From Tubulanus polymorphus (lineage: Eukaryota > Animalia > Nemertea): 64,000 nt of DNA. The stretch spans positions 15,624,110 to 15,688,109 of the forward strand of contig NC_134030.1 of the NCBI RefSeq assembly GCF_964204645.1, given 5' to 3'. A model generated the notes under the pieces. It saw only the letters and a list, made by a program, of their open reading frames with translations. It ran no database searches and had not been told where the DNA came from. Within the stretch, counting starts at the first letter, position 1; every line of letters starts with the position of its first letter. Below are positions 33,994 through 48,337 of the stretch, one piece after another. The position numbers were made by a program, and so were the translations under genes.

Positions 33994-35876
33994 TTATTGA
34001 GTTAAGTTAAATGATTTAAATATCTAATATTTTGATATTTTTTTAAAATAAATAATATATAATTATAATATATAATTGTTAGATTAAATGTTTTGAAAAT
34101 TTTCTTACTTTAAAATTGATTTTAAAAATTGAAAGATAATTAAATAGAATTTAACTAAAAATATAAAGAATTAACAAGACAGTTACAACTAACTATATAT
34201 ATAACTATAACGATATATTTTCACTCATTTAATTAGAAAAAAAATTATTAGATTAATTCATTAGTTAATCCGATGTTAATAGATGTTAACAAACCACATT
34301 TTGAAACGGTGATAGACCCGGTCGTATTTCTTGTTGCAGATGATTCAAATAGCCTAACACTCGCTATTGTGCGAATTTAGTAGCGCTGTGATTGATCTAA
34401 GCTGTAAAATTGTAGATAATTAGAAAATTTCCATAGCTTTAATATAGTTTGACTTGACCTGGGATGACCTAAGTCACTAATAATCATAAGCAGATGCTCA
34501 TGCGCTTAACACTGTGTAGAATGACAGGTCGATCCTCGCTAAAATAGATCCATTTTGTGAAATATCAAGCTGTGCATTGACGATACTGTTAAGAAAACAA
34601 ATGGCGGAAAAGCACATTACATTTTTATACTTTGGTCACTGACACTTGAAATAAGAGTACCGTCGACTTCAAGATACTCGAAGAAACCGTAGCGTATTAA
34701 CGTCCACCAGTCGTCGGGTATGGTACATGTACGAGGGAGGGAGGTAAGTCTTCAGTCTCTCCTGATGAATTAACGAATCACAATGTATATCCAATAAAAA
34801 GACCTTCATTTTTTCATGACTGGACCTCGTTTGTAAAAAAATGCCTGCTGAATCGGAATACAAACTTCTTTCAGCTATATCGTTTGCTACTATAGTTTAT
34901 TTGGAGAAAAAAATAATCTTCCACCCCTCCACTTTTTACTCAATGGATTTACTGGCCTTGTGATTGCGCAATACCGATTAATGATGGCAGCACCAGCTTG
35001 CCAATTGAGAGCTCTCCACATTTTCGGCTGTCCCTGGAGCTGTTTTAATAGCGAATGTGCAATTACTGAATTATTTCCGAAAAAAGTTATAACAACATAA
35101 TTAATGACCTGATTTAGCGATATGAACGGTGGGTTTGAATTGCTGTCGTGAAGTAATTAACTCAAGAACTGTATGCTTTCAGATCCACAGCTATATTTCA
35201 ACTAACCCTAACTTCCCCGTACAAACATACAAATTCAACGAACCATGTAATGCTTTGCAGTCGCCCGCGAAACCAGAACCAAAACAAATCGATTAAAGTT
35301 TACGTCGTTCTCGGGGGCGACGACAAAACGAAAAAAAGTCAAATTATCAACAAGACAGTCAGACAAATTTAGTCACTTTCGCTTTCACTACCGATATTAT
35401 CAGCGATCGCACGCCTCGCTGCCAACGCAGCTTCACGCTTCGGCGGTCGTTCGCGCACAGTTTCAAATTTTCCCGTAGGTTTGTCGAAGAAGAAGTCTTT
35501 AGTCGCCATGACTTCTAAGGGATGTAATTTGCTAAGCGGACGATTTGTGATCCCATTTGCGGTTTTAACCGTCGCACTTCTCACAATATTATCGGAACCA
35601 GCATGCAACTCGATGATGACCCCAAGTTTCCACTTTAACCGTGGAACTGTAACGGGTCTCGAACCCGTTAATATGTATGTAGTTTTCCGTCGATAATTAG
35701 TGTAATGTATAGTGTAATAAATCACCGCTAAGTGCGGTCTCTTAGAAGTGGAACCATTGTCCGAGTAAGTTCGTTGTTCTTTTGTTCGGGATAAATTGCC
35801 CCTTTATAGCCTATGGTCGGAGCGTAAATCATCCTTGAAGGTGGTATTAGAGATTTAGAAGACAGGATTGTTACAC

Positions 35877-35894
35877 TGGTGGCAGCGGTGGGAT
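35877..35894 (+). promoter_or_regulatory. Primer-binding site complementary to tRNA-Leu 3' end
   Basis: TGGTGGCAGCGGTGGGAT immediately after the 5' LTR. Confidence 0.85.
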
Positions 35895-36183
35895 GGGAGT
35901 AGAGACACTTACGGCCGTATTATTGAGTTGAATCGCTACCCTTTGTTTTTCGAGAAGCGTGCGCGTGAGTAGTCTGTCTGACCTACTTCCTTACGACTGC
36001 GGTATCGCGGATACTCTTCAGTAGTTAAACCGTTGTTATACGCTTGCTTCAATATAGCGGGAATAATTTCAGACACTAACTACAGTTTTGCACATAGGTT
36101 GATAGGTTCATAAAATAACTTTTGGAATTTTATTTCAATTCAGTTTTTGTTCGGTATATACGTAAATATATTCACAATTAGAA

Positions 36184-37188
36184 ATGTCTCACTCTGACCC
36201 GGATGCAGGCCAACCAGGTGCGGCCCAGGAAGGGGTCCACCCAACTACAGGTTTGGATGATTTTTTTAGTTCGATTACCCAATATGTCTCACGTAGCATA
36301 AAAAGGGAATCTGAGTCGCCATCAGGGACCAGGGAGGATGCCCGGGTAAAAGTTCCGTGCCCCAAAATGTACAGTATGGGGCATAATTTTTCCATCTGGT
36401 TGGAGCGTTTTGAGAGCTACTGCACATTGTCCGGTGTATGTAGTAGTGAGCTTAAGAAACAACATTTGCTAACGTATCTGGACCATGAGTCATACCAGGC
36501 AGTTAAAAACCTCCGTCTTGCCCCATCCCTGGATTACAATAGTTTCGTTGTGGGGATAAAGGACCGTATGTCATTTACACGGTCAGCTTCAGATTTCAAA
36601 ATGATGTTGAAATCTCGAGAGCAGAAACCCCAAGACAACATCGGGCACTACGCGGATGCTTTGACAGAACTCGCACAGAGCGCGTACCCAGGGGTTGACC
36701 ACCGTTTGCAGGATGAGTTGGCACGTGACCAATTCTTGGCAGGTGTGGCGGTACCCTCGAGTGTTAGGGAGCAGTTGTACGTGGCTCAGCTACAGTCTCT
36801 ATCGGAGGCTGTGTCATTGGCTCGATGTCATGAGACTGCGCGGCGCCTGACTGAGAGACACGAGTCCAGACCCCCTCGTCGACATGTAAATGAGGTGAAG
36901 GCCAGTCAGACGGATGAGCTACTTACGGAACTCGTGGGCCTCGTCAAGGGTTTGAATGTTCGGATGGACGGTTTAGAGGCCAGGGTTAACACGCAGACTC
37001 AGGCCAACTCCCAGGGTAGGGACAACAGATGCTGGCGGTGTCGAGAACCGGATCATACAGCTGCTACATGTCCGCATTTTACATGTCATACATGTTCTGG
37101 TAGAGGTCACTATGCCAGGAACTGCCCCGGGAAACAGGGAAACGATTACAGGCGGTCCTCCAGGGGGCAAGGGAATCGCCGCCAATAG
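36184..37188 (+). CDS. gag: Gypsy Gag with two CCHC zinc knuckles
   Basis: CWRCREPDHTAATC, CHTCSGRGHYARNC; MHR-like REQKPQD. Confidence 0.9.
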   Translation: MSHSDPDAGQPGAAQEGVHPTTGLDDFFSSITQYVSRSIKRESESPSGTREDARVKVPCPKMYSMGHNFSIWLERFESYCTLSGVCSSELKKQHLLTYLDHESYQAVKNLRLAPSLDYNSFVVGIKDRMSFTRSASDFKMMLKSREQKPQDNIGHYADALTELAQSAYPGVDHRLQDELARDQFLAGVAVPSSVREQLYVAQLQSLSEAVSLARCHETARRLTERHESRPPRRHVNEVKASQTDELLTELVGLVKGLNVRMDGLEARVNTQTQANSQGRDNRCWRCREPDHTAATCPHFTCHTCSGRGHYARNCPGKQGNDYRRSSRGQGNRRQ

Positions 37189-37205
37189 AGAGACCCTCCA
37201 CATAT

Positions 37206-40200
37206 ATGATGGAGAAATATCTGCCTCCACACCGTAGAATACAGAAAAGTGTTCCTTCACCCGTTAACGATTCCGTGCATGATAGAGCCCAAATTGTAAG
37301 TAGTTCAATAATTGTAAATAGTTCATTAGACCCTTGCGTAAGGGAAATTGTTGGGAACGAAATTCTTGTTGGAACCGACACGGCAGGTCGTACATTTCTG
37401 GAAAAGCAGGCAACTTTAAATGTTTTAACTCCTTACCCAGATACCTCACTGTCGGTCGGTCAACCGGGTGATGTAATTTCGGATGGTTCTCCTCTGAGGG
37501 AGGGGACAGTTTCAAATATTTTACCTCCGTGCCCAGATAACTCTCTGTTTGTAAAGTCTGTAAAATGAAGATACGGTCTTAACCACAATAACAACTGACC
37601 GGCCAGATGTGTCACTAGATCCGAGCTGCCCCGTGGCTGAGAAAATGGTGCGTCGTGTCGATTTGAGAGACACTGGGCTTTACTGCTCTGGTATCCTTAA
37701 TGGTTCAACCTTGTGACCTTGTTGAAAACCTCTGTCTGGGAGAAGAGTCGTAGGGCCGATCAGGGAAATCTGCTGCCAGTCGACTTCGAATTAGCCACTG
37801 CCACGGGTGCGAACATGAAGGTTCATGGGGTGGCCAAGGTAGAGCTCCCTGTAGATTCATGGTCCCCATGGTAATAGCCGATGACTTGGCTCAGGACTGC
37901 CTGCTAGGTAGTGACTTCTTTGAACAGAATGGTTGCATTATTGATTACCCTGGTAGAGTTCTTGAGTGTGGCCTTACCCATGTACCATTGGAGACCAAGG
38001 ATGCACGACCTAGTTGCTGTCGTTTGTTCCTGACCGAGACTTGTTATATTCCGGGAGGCCATGAGGTCGTGGCCAATGCATATTTCAAGCAGAGATATAG
38101 TGTAAATAACAATATGGTTGGTATGGTTGGTCGATGGAACCGTGCTCCATGCCTGGCTGGCAAATCTCTGGTATGTCCGCGGGATGGGAAGGTAACAGTC
38201 CGCCTAGCAAATTTTTCAGATGACACCCTTAGGGTTCGTCGAGGGGAGTTCGTGGGTATCTTCTCGCCTATCGAATCAGTCGATGTACTCACTGTGCAAG
38301 ACACTTATGGTTTGTCGAAGACAGAGCTGCCTCAGCCCCAGCAGGATCCCCATTATTTAAAGGGTCTTTACGACGAACTAAACGTTGATAGTCTCGAAAT
38401 TTCGGAGGGTGATCGGAAGATTTGAAGAGGGTCCTAGCGCAGCATCACGGTGTATTTTCTTGGGGGGATTTTGATATTGGAAGGACACCCCTCATTGAGT
38501 TTGAAATACATACCGGGGAGCAGAAGCCGATTAAGCAGCATCAACGACGTCTGCCGCCCCATTACAAGCAATTTGTTGAGGGGTACACTGCTAAACTGTG
38601 TGACCAAGGTCTTATAAGGCCATCCCAGTCACCTTGGGCTAGCCCAATCGTCCTAGCCAAGAAGAGTGATGGCAGTTTGCGTCTGTGCTGTGACTACCGG
38701 AAATTAAATGACGTCACAACTAAAGACAGTCACCCGTTGGGGCGAATAGATTCTACCCTCGAGGCACTTTCGGGATCGTCATGGTTCTCGTCTCTGGATC
38801 TAACCAGTGGCTACTGGCAAGTGCCGATCCGAGAATGTGACAAGCCGAAAACAGCTTTCTGTTCTGAGAACCGTTTGTGGGAATGGAATGTTATGCCATT
38901 CGGTCTCACAAATGCTCCTGCCTGTTTCACACGGCTCATGTCTTTGGCTCTCGACAAGGTGTCATGGAAAACAGCCTTGATCTACCTCGATGACGTCATA
39001 GTCCATTCTGCGGATGTGGCGTCCCACATTTCCAAGCTGTCAGAGGTATTCGGTTGTTTCGAAGCAGCAAATATGAAATTGAAGCCAAAAAATGTCACCT
39101 CCTCCAAAAGCGGTTAAGATTCTTGAGCCATGTCGTGAGCGGGAACGGAATTGAAACTGACCGGGCAAAAGTCCTAAGTTGGCCAGCCCCTACCAATGTA
39201 TCAGAAGTACGAAGTTTCACTGGCCTCGTCACTTACTATTCTAGGTTTATCAAGGGATATGCGGAAATGTGTAAAACCCTCCACCTGCTCACAAAGAAGG
39301 GTCAGCCTTTCGAATGGGGTATCAGTCAGCAAAGAGCATTCGAAGAAATTAAATCTGCGTTGACAAGCCCTCCTGTACTGGCTTTCCCTGACTTTCCAGA
39401 GGGATCGGGGAAATTCATAGTTGATTGTGATGCTAGTAACTGGGCTATAGGTTCACTTCTTTCACAGTTGCAAGGCGATCACACAGAACGAGTAATAGCA
39501 TATGGGGGTCGAGTTTTGACAGGCGGGGAGGAGAACTATTGCGTCACGAGACGAGAAATGCTTGCTCTAATCGAATCAATTGAATATTTCCGCCACTACT
39601 TATTGGTTGGTAAGTTCCTTGTCCGGACTGACCACGCAGCCCTCAAGTGGCTTCGGTCGTCCAATATTCAATCAGGCCAAGTCGCCCGCTGGAATGAAAG
39701 GCTGGCGGACTTCGATTTCGACATTGAGCACAGGCCCGGGCGCAATCAACAAAACGCCGATTCACTCTCGCGGATTCCCAAGAGGGTCAAGCGTCATGGG
39801 GATTGCCCTAGTTGCGGCGTCACCGGAACCCCAACAGTGTCATTCGTGCAAACGATTGGTATAGGGGATGTCCTAACTCGGGTCGAGATTGGTGATGCTA
39901 AGGATACCGATGATGACATAAGAGTAGTCATGGAATTAGTACGAAAGGGTTTGCAAAAGCCAAACACTGATTCCCTGCGTCAGTATGGTTCGAACGCGAG
40001 GATTCTCTTGGGCGAATTTGAACGCTTGGCTATGGTAGAAAACCTGCTTGTTCTGAAACCACTTCCTGTTGCCAGATTAGCCAAAAACCGGGTAGTTCTG
40101 CCGAATGTGCTATTACCTAAGGTCCTATCTCACCTCCATAATGGTATATCCGGTAGGCACTTAGGGACCACCAAGACAGAACGTAAAGTCCGCCAACGGT

Positions 40201-40560
40201 TTTGGTGTTTTGGACTGGGGAAGGCAGTCAATAGCTTTGTCAAGCAGTGTCGTAAATGTCAGCAATGCAAAAACCCTCCTAAACGACCTAAAGCGCCACT
40301 GGTACCAACGCCAATCGGTAGGAGAGGACAAAGGCTGCATGTCGACATTGTTTGCCCACTGCAACGAACAAAGCGTGGGAACGTTTATATCATTGTGGTG
40401 CAGGACGCTTTCACCAAGTGGGTTGAGGCCTGGCCGGCTAGAAACCAGAAAGCACCAACAGTTGTGCAGGAATCGACTGGTGAAACACCGTTTTTCATGA
40501 CATTCGGCAGTGAGATGACCTTCCACTGGACGTTTTAGTTAGCCCTCCTGAGGAACCTGT
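37206..40560 (+). pseudogene. pol: Gypsy pol (PR, RT, RNase H, INT), frameshifted
   Basis: LLGSDF; SPWASP, DYRKLN, YLDD; DCDAS, TDH; HHCC zinc finger and integrase core start. Confidence 0.92.
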
Positions 40561-40617
40561 CCACCTGACCAAGTTTAGCCAGGACATGTGTAGAAACCTT
40601 TACTCCTCAGTGACTCC

Positions 40618-41049
40618 ATGTTCAAAGATTCCCGATCCACAAACGAACTGTTCATCATTGCTCACCCTGGGGAGCGTCTGGAGCAGCTAGAGGAAGGGGT
40701 AAAAACAACACGAGTCACTTGTTGTGCGGTCGTTGTTAACCACGGTATTAATAACGTCCGTAACTATGGCCAGACAACAGAGAATATTTATTCGCTGTAC
40801 AATGTTCTGGCTAAGAAATACCCAAACCTTTCTCTGTTCCACCTTTGGTTGCCCAAAGCTCCTGTTATGAGAGGAAAACGAGAGACGGTGGTCCCCATAG
40901 ACCGAATCAACACGCACTGCGAGAAGGCGGGATTTCTGACCATAGACCACCCTGACCTGGATGATGCGGGAATCCACTACCGTCGTTCGGCTATGGAGTT
41001 TGTCACCTGGCATATCGTCACTGTAGTTAAGGATCACTTGGGGATATGA
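40618..41049 (+). other. Extra ORF in Gypsy 3' region, weak SGNH-hydrolase-like fragment
   Basis: HPGxR, VVVNHGINN, DxxGIH resemble SGNH blocks II/III/V. Confidence 0.4.
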
Positions 41050-44000
41050 TATGGTAGTAGGGTGGGCACCGTGCAGCGGTTAAATCGCCATACTCTCCTT
41101 TCATTACCCATAACTGGTCGTCCAGCTGACATGTTTTACCTCGAATTTTGGTACTGCCGTTGTTTTTGATTTGTATTTTTAGCTTACCTTGTTGATATGG
41201 AATCAGACTCATGTTGGAACCGTCTGCAGGAGGCCCGACCGACCTGATGAACCTTCTGTGATTTCAGCACGTAGGAACCTGCTGTTCACCGACCTAGGCA
41301 AGTGTGTTGATTATTGAGCGAGTACCTTCGAATGGTTTAATCGCCTCTAATCTTCCCCCAGTGGAACATAAGCGTAGTGTTGGCGTATCAGTTGGGTCGC
41401 GTTGGATAATTGGATTTATTGCGAATTGCGAACTGTAAATACCGAATGTGTGCGAATGTGTGTGAAAGCTGTAGTTAATGACATCGGACACTGAATATCA
41501 ACCAGATATATGAATTGTAAATACTGGACGTATGTGCGGTCGTAAGCTATGCTTACGACACTTTTTGGAGTGGTGTAACGGGTCTCGTACCCGTTATTAT
41601 GTATGTAGTTTTCCGTCGATAATAAGTGTAATGTATAGTGTAATAAATCACCGCTAGGTGCGGTCTCTTAGAAGTGGAACCATTGTCCGAGTAAGTTCGT
41701 TGTTCTTTTGTTCGGGATACATTGCCCCTTTATAGCCTATGGTCGGAGCGTAAATCATCCTTGAAGGTGGTATTAGAGATTTAGAAGACAGGATTGTTAC
41801 AGAACATTTTCACTTTTCGCATTTATAATAACAACATCACCTTTCTGAGCATGAGCAAAGGGCTTTTGACCGGGAAGAGACCTTTCCCGCAAAGACACAA
41901 GATATTCCCTAGCCCATTGCTCTCTGAATTCCTTTATAACAGACGCGCACAACTTCGGCCGTTCCACAGCGATGTCCTGATTAATCCCGTACTCCGGATC
42001 TGAAGCGTCGTTAACACGGTAGGGCAGCGCTGTGATTTTCCGGCCGCAAACAAGATGCGAAGGCGTCAACGGTTCCAAATCGCTAATATCTGACGACTGA
42101 TACGTGAGAGGTCGATCGTTGATGGTAGCCTCTGCTTCAGTCACTATTGTACGAAATTCATCCACTGCTACCCTGGCACGACCTAAAACACTTTTCAACA
42201 CACGTATAGTCGAACCTACAAGTCGTTCGTAAAAACCCCCATGCTAAGGGGCACGTTTTACGATAAACTTCCACTGGACTCCCTGAATGGCCAAGTATTC
42301 TCTCAGGGAATCGAATATAGCTTTCAACTCGTCTCTGGCTGCATAAAATGTGCTTGCATTGTCAGATATCATTTTGTATGGAAGAGATTTACGAGCTGCG
42401 AATCTACGGAATGCCAAGATGAAACTACCAGTACCTAAATCTCTAACAACCTCGAGATGAGTTGCCCGACTGACCGCACAAGTGAATAATGCAATGTAAC
42501 ACTTCACCATCTCCGATTCATTACTTGACAAAATAACATTAAAATGACCACAAAAATCGACACCAGTGTACTGGAAAGCTGGTACATTTGAAACCCTGGG
42601 GTATGGCAAAGGAGGTGGAGTACGTGACCCGTAAGATGCACCCTCTAACTTTCTGCACAATACACAGGGTCTAATAACACGCTTTACACATTGCCTGATT
42701 TGAAGAATCCAGTACTCCTCTCTAATTGACGCCATCGTAGGATTAACCTTGAGATGTTTGACCTCGGCATGAGCTGCTAAAACTACAAGGTCCGTGAAAC
42801 GAGAATGTTTAGGTAGCCATAATGGATTGCGAGATGATGGCGGCAACTGAGAAAAATCCAGTCTTCCCCCACAACGAATAACACCAGACTCGTCTATATA
42901 CAAGCCCAACTGAGACACAATAAGTGGTCGTTTTGCTTTACCACTTTCAAAATAATCAAAAACATCTATGTAAGCTGCATGTTGCACGTATATAACCCAT
43001 ACGAGCTTGGATTCTTCAATTTCAGATGGCTCTAGTATATCACCACGACTCCTACGTTTTTGACAAATACCAATAAACCGCAAAACGTACGCGGTGACAC
43101 GCAATAGCTTTCTCAAACTAGAAATCCTGGTGATATCTATGAGCGGATCAATTTTACGATAACTACTAGACTCAGATGAAGTTTCATCTTCAACAACAGA
43201 ACATACAGGTAAATCAATTTACAGAGTCAACGCTATGTACAGAGGAAAAATCATTAACATCCCAAACCGGGAAATCACCTGTAACCAACCAATCTGGACC
43301 TTTCCACCACAGATTGTTTATCACAAGATCAGTGTAGTTACTACCGCGCGAAGAAATATCAGACGGGTTCGAATCCGGTGGACAGTAACCCCATGAATCG
43401 GATTCTGTCAACAGTTTAATCTCATCGATTCTTTTCTGTTCGAAGGGTTTAAGATTCTTCGCGTTTGACAATCGATATAACACGGATTGATTATCAGACC
43501 AGAGATAATATTTACAAGTAGGAAAACTTTCCTTCAACAGTTTCGCCAAACGCGCAGCTATTAACGCGGCCATTAACTCGAGCTGAGGAATAGTCAATGG
43601 TCTTACAGGTGCAACTCTCGACTTCGAAATTAACAAGCTACATTCGCGAGCAGGCGAGACAATGTATGCACAAGCGCCATAAGACGTAGCACTAGCATTG
43701 GCAAAAATATGGATCTCGCAGCCATTCAAAGACGACGTTTTATCAAAATATTTACGAGGATAAGGGATCAACGTTGCATTAGAAATATCGCTGGCGATCC
43801 TTGACCACTCTTCACGAAGAGTGTCGGGAATTGACGTATCCCAATCTAAATCTGCAAGTTTCCAAAGTATCTGCAATAACAACTTTACATTAAGTACAAC
43901 CGGAGCAATCCAACCAAGTGGATCGAAAACTTTAGAGGAATCGCTCAAAATTACGCGTTTTGTAACCACTTGATCAGAGGTAACATTGATATCTAACAGC

Positions 44001-45319
44001 TTAAGATTCAACTGGTCATTATCGAAAGGAAACCACTGAACACCGAGAAACTTAACGCAATTATCGCTTTCTGCTACTCCATCGCTGGACGCAGCATTCA
44101 TCAATAGATGACTGTTGCTCGACCAGCAGCGTAGATTGAAACCACCTAGCGCCATAATTCCGCGAGACTGCGAATAAAACTGCAGCATATCGAACTCGCT
44201 ATCAAAACTAACACCACAGTTGTCAACATAAATATTCTCTGCAATCAAACGACTAAGATCTGAATCACTGGCGCGTAAGTGTTTCAAAACAGTCGCGTTC
44301 AAAATCATAGGACTGCAGGTGGCACCAAAAAGAACCGCGCGAAAACGGTAAGTTATCAAGTCGCTGTCAGGATCAGACGGATCCGATAGCCAAAGAAAAC
44401 GCGTATAATCGCGATCGTGCTCATCCAGCTCGATCTGGAGGAACGCTTTTTCAATATCGGCGATTGCGGCAAAATTAAATGAACGGAAACGTAACAAAAT
44501 ACCAAGAATGTTGTTATGAAGACGCGGTCCTGTAAGTAGACAATCATTAAGACTAGTCTTTTCCGGCGTTTTACATGAAAAATCATATACTATCCTCAAC
44601 GGTGTTGTATTCGAATCCCTTAACACCGAGTGGTGTGGCAAATAATGACACGCGTCATTGACCGAAGCATCAGGAACTTTTTCGATAAAATTCCGTCTCT
44701 CCTGTTCAGCCATGAGCCTAGCGTAATAATCCAAATGACCGGTTTTGACAAGACGCTGAATCGTAGACAACGTGCGCCGTTTACATATATCGAAATTTGA
44801 AGTCTATAAAACATGATTGTGCTTCCACGGAAGTTTAGCGATATAACGATTATTCTCTAACCGAATGTAATTCTCGCAATTATCTTCAAACGCAAGCGAT
44901 GGATTCGGAGCGGTTTCATCAGATGGATGCGCGACGCCTAGAACATCTAGGTCCCACAATTTACACAGATCGGAATTTTCAGGTTCGCCGACTAAAACAC
45001 CGAGCGTAGTAATATCTCCATCAGAATCCCCTGCGACAGGACCCGATAAAAGATATCCGAGACGACTCTCGACCGCAACTGGACCGTCGCCAGTTGGACT
45101 ACGAATAAAACGACCTATAACTATACTATTGTAGTAATCATACCTATAAGTAAACCGATGTAGCCAGATTTAACCCTTCAAGGTAGCTATACGAATCTAA
45201 ATTGACATTTGTACGAATAGGTGGAGCACTAAAATCTGGAACTACATAAGCTTGCATTACGAGCTCAGTTTTATCCAAACATATCAGCTTGAAACGTACT
45301 ATGTCTAAAATACGGAGCA

Positions 45320-48090
45320 AAGGGAAGAGTTAGTAGAGTTCCTTTAGATAGAGTACCGATTGTAGGATCCGTTTGAGAAAATCGGAGTCGACTTGATAGG
45401 TCAGATAGCTCCTGCTAGTGATCAGGGACATAGGTATATACTTACGGTTATAGATTTTGCTACCAGATTTCCGGAGGCAGTTCCGTTGAAAGATATTTCT
45501 GCGACGTCGGTCGCTGAAGAGTTATTCAATATATACTGTCGAGTAGGTGTACCTGGACAGGTATTGTCGGACCTAGGTCCACAATTTATTCCGTATGTTA
45601 CAAAATAGATGAATCGTTTGTTGTCGATTGAAGGCTTAAAAAGTACGCCGTATCATGCTATGGCAAATGGCTTGGTCGAGAGGTTTAATGGTGTATTGAA
45701 ATCCATGGTAAAGAAATTGTGTAGTGATCGACCGAAGGATTGGCACCGTTATATTAATGCTGCTCTCTTCGCGTATCGCGAAGTACCCCAAGCTAGTTTG
45801 GGCTTTTCGCCGTTTGAACTGTTGTATCGGCGTACGGTCAAAGGTCCGATGCAAGTATTAAAAGGGTTGTGGACGGGGATAAATCCAAGTCGGACGTAAA
45901 AGGTTCTTATGCTTACGTGCTTGAGCTTAGACAGAAATTAGAAGATATGACTGAATTAGCCCACAATAACTTGCTAAAATACCAAGGGATTTATAAACAT
46001 CATTATGATAAAAGGGCGAGAGAAAGAAATTTTAAACCAGGAGATGAAGTCCTGATTTTGTTGCCGGTAGACGGCAATAAGTTATTAATGCAATGGAAAG
46101 GACCATTCAAGGTAGTTGACGTAGTAGCACGGAATGATTATAAAATTCAGATAGGGACTAAGGTTAAAGTTTTCCATGCTAATTTGTTGAAATATTATCA
46201 TCGTAGGCAGGGGAATGTGTCAAATATTGGCGTCTGTGTCATAGATGAGGCCAATTTAATCAAAGACGAGTCCGACGATGATTTGATTGATTATGTTGTT
46301 TGTGAGCAAAAGGAAACTTACAAAGATGTTAAAATCATTAACAGTCTTAGTGAGAGTCAGACTAAGGATATTCAGGATCTAGTTTACGAGTTTAGGGACA
46401 TATTTTCAGATGTGCCTGGAAAAACAAATCTAATAGAACATCGGATAGATTTGGTTACTGATATACCCGTTCAGAGTAAACCCTATCTGATACCAACAAA
46501 GAAGTCGAGAGTATGTTAAATACGGGTATAATAGCGAAGGAGGAAACCCCATATACATCCCCAGTTGTAATTGTTTCGAAAAAGGACGGGTCAAACCGCT
46601 TTTGCGTAAACTATAAAAAGCTGAACTCTATCACAGTGTTCGACCCTGAACCAATTCCAAATCCTGAATATATCTATACTAAATTACATGATAAAAGGTT
46701 TTTGTCGAAGATTGACATGTCGAAGGGATATTGGCAAATACCCGTATCCAAAGATTCAATTGCTAAGACTGGTTTTACGTTGCCAAATCACACTACTCAC
46801 GTTTTTCTTAGAATGCCGTTTGGTTTGGTGAATAGTGGCGCTACTTTTACTCGAATGATGCGAAAGTTATTGGATGGTTTGTCCGACGACGAGATAAATA
46901 ATTTTATTGATGATGTTTTGGCCCATAATATAGATTGGCCTTCTCATCTGGTTACGTTACGAGAGCTGTTCACCAGGATGCGGTTATCGGGGTTAACTGC
47001 AAGACCCAGTAAGTGTATTTTTGGTGAAAATTTGATAGAATTTACAGGACATGAGGTAGGAGATGACATAAAAACGCTTACGGAAGACAATGTAAGTAAA
47101 ATAAAGAATGCAACGCAACCTGTAAATAAAAAGCAGGTTAGATCATTCTTAGGTCTATGTGGATTCTATAGAAGTTTCATACCTGATTATGCTAAAATAG
47201 CTAGACCATTAGTTGAATTAACAAAGAAGAATATGCCGAATGCGATTGAATGGAGTCAGGAATGTGAAAAATCTGTTTGTAGGTTACAATTTGCGCTTTG
47301 TCAAAAACCTATTTTAAGGATGATCGACTTTACCAAAGATTTTGTATCAAGAACTGATGCTTCTAATGATGGCCTTGGGGCTGTTTTGTTTCAGGCGTAT
47401 GATGGTGTATTATTTCCAGTTGTCTATTTAAGTAGATCGCTGAAACAAGCGGAGAAAAACTACAGTGTTGTTGAGCGCGAATGTTTGGGTTTAGTTTGGG
47501 CAGTCAAAAAACTAGAACCTTACCTGTATGGTAAAACGTTTATTTTACAGACAGACCACAAACCACTGATTTATCTACCTAAAGCCAAACTTGAGAATGA
47601 AAGGTGCTTAAGGTGGTCGCTGTATTTACAACGGTTTAGTTTTCAGATCGAAGCTATCAAGGGATCGGTGAATAATGGGGCTGATTTTCTCAGCAGACTT
47701 TCATCTGTTTAACAAATGTGGTGATGGAAATTTATTAACCCTTGTTGTCTTGTTTTCCTTTTCATGTTTGTTAGCGAAGAGAAACATATTCTAATCTTAG
47801 GAAAATTCTCAAGGTTTCTCTTAAGGGGGATGTCATTGTCATGAAAAGAATGCACAGTCGATCTACTTCTATTGTCAGCCCGGTATATAAGGCGACGGCG
47901 AGTGGGACTCGCTCTCTTTCCAGGCAGGCGGCGGCGCTACCACATCGGTCTCGGCACAGATTTGTAACAGCTGGGGTGTCGTAATTATATCTTTAGTTAT
48001 ACTTTTACTCAACGTAATAAACTTTTGGATTCCAATCCTGTTATTTGCGTTTATAAATCGGGATATTTCCACAGTTGTGCCAAGTTTCCC
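45320..48090 (+). mobile_element. Gmr1-type Gypsy retrotransposon fragment (INT upstream of RT-RH) with probable 3' LTR from ~47831-47837
   Basis: GVDLIG, VIDFATRFPEA, SDLG, NGLVERFNG, WKGPF then RT (FIDD) and RNase H (TDAS); purine tract AAGGGGGA before TGTCA. Confidence 0.85.
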
Positions 48091-48308
48091 TAATTATTAT
48101 CATGGCCAGTTACTTTTACATCAGCTGACAAATAAATACTATTTGGAACATAAAATGTATTTTGATTTAATCTCGGGATTCTAACATATAAAGTTTCATC
48201 AGGATTAATATTAGAAGGATTATGAGTAATTATATGATGAGATCTCTCTGCTTTAATAGCATTAGATGTTCTAGAATTCTTAGAAGGATTGATATAACTC
48301 CCACTCAT
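48090..48308 (-). pseudogene. MCP N-terminal fragment
   Basis: Matches first ~72 aa of A MCP. Confidence 0.9.
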
Positions 48309-48337
48309 TTATTTAACAAAAAAAATTAATTATTATT

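Larger units (their letters stand above)
32622..34300 (-). mobile_element. Polinton-like end fragment C (terminus, subterminal repeats, ZnF gene); inner limit approximate
   Basis: AGTAATTAGAAAATCAGGGTTTCATACCAGAGGTCGAGAGG resembles the terminus at 63489; gene 33349 homologous to 15402-16023. Confidence 0.75.
35648..41801 (+). mobile_element. Ty3/Gypsy LTR retrotransposon with both LTRs, inserted into BEL
   Basis: 228-bp LTRs (35648-35875, 41574-41801; 5 mismatches counted), TGTAAC..GTTACA ends, 4-bp TSD GAAC. Confidence 0.96.
35369..45300 (-). mobile_element. BEL/Pao LTR retrotransposon (degenerate pol: PR-RT-RH-INT), interrupted by Gypsy, 5' truncated
   Basis: HYLPHH..V, LRIVYD, ADIEKAF, YVDN, FDPLG, SKSRVAP..TIPQLEL, GVDFCG, SDNA, INDRPL, C-terminal WKLG..RSATV..RPLSKLHPLE. 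Confidence 0.92.
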
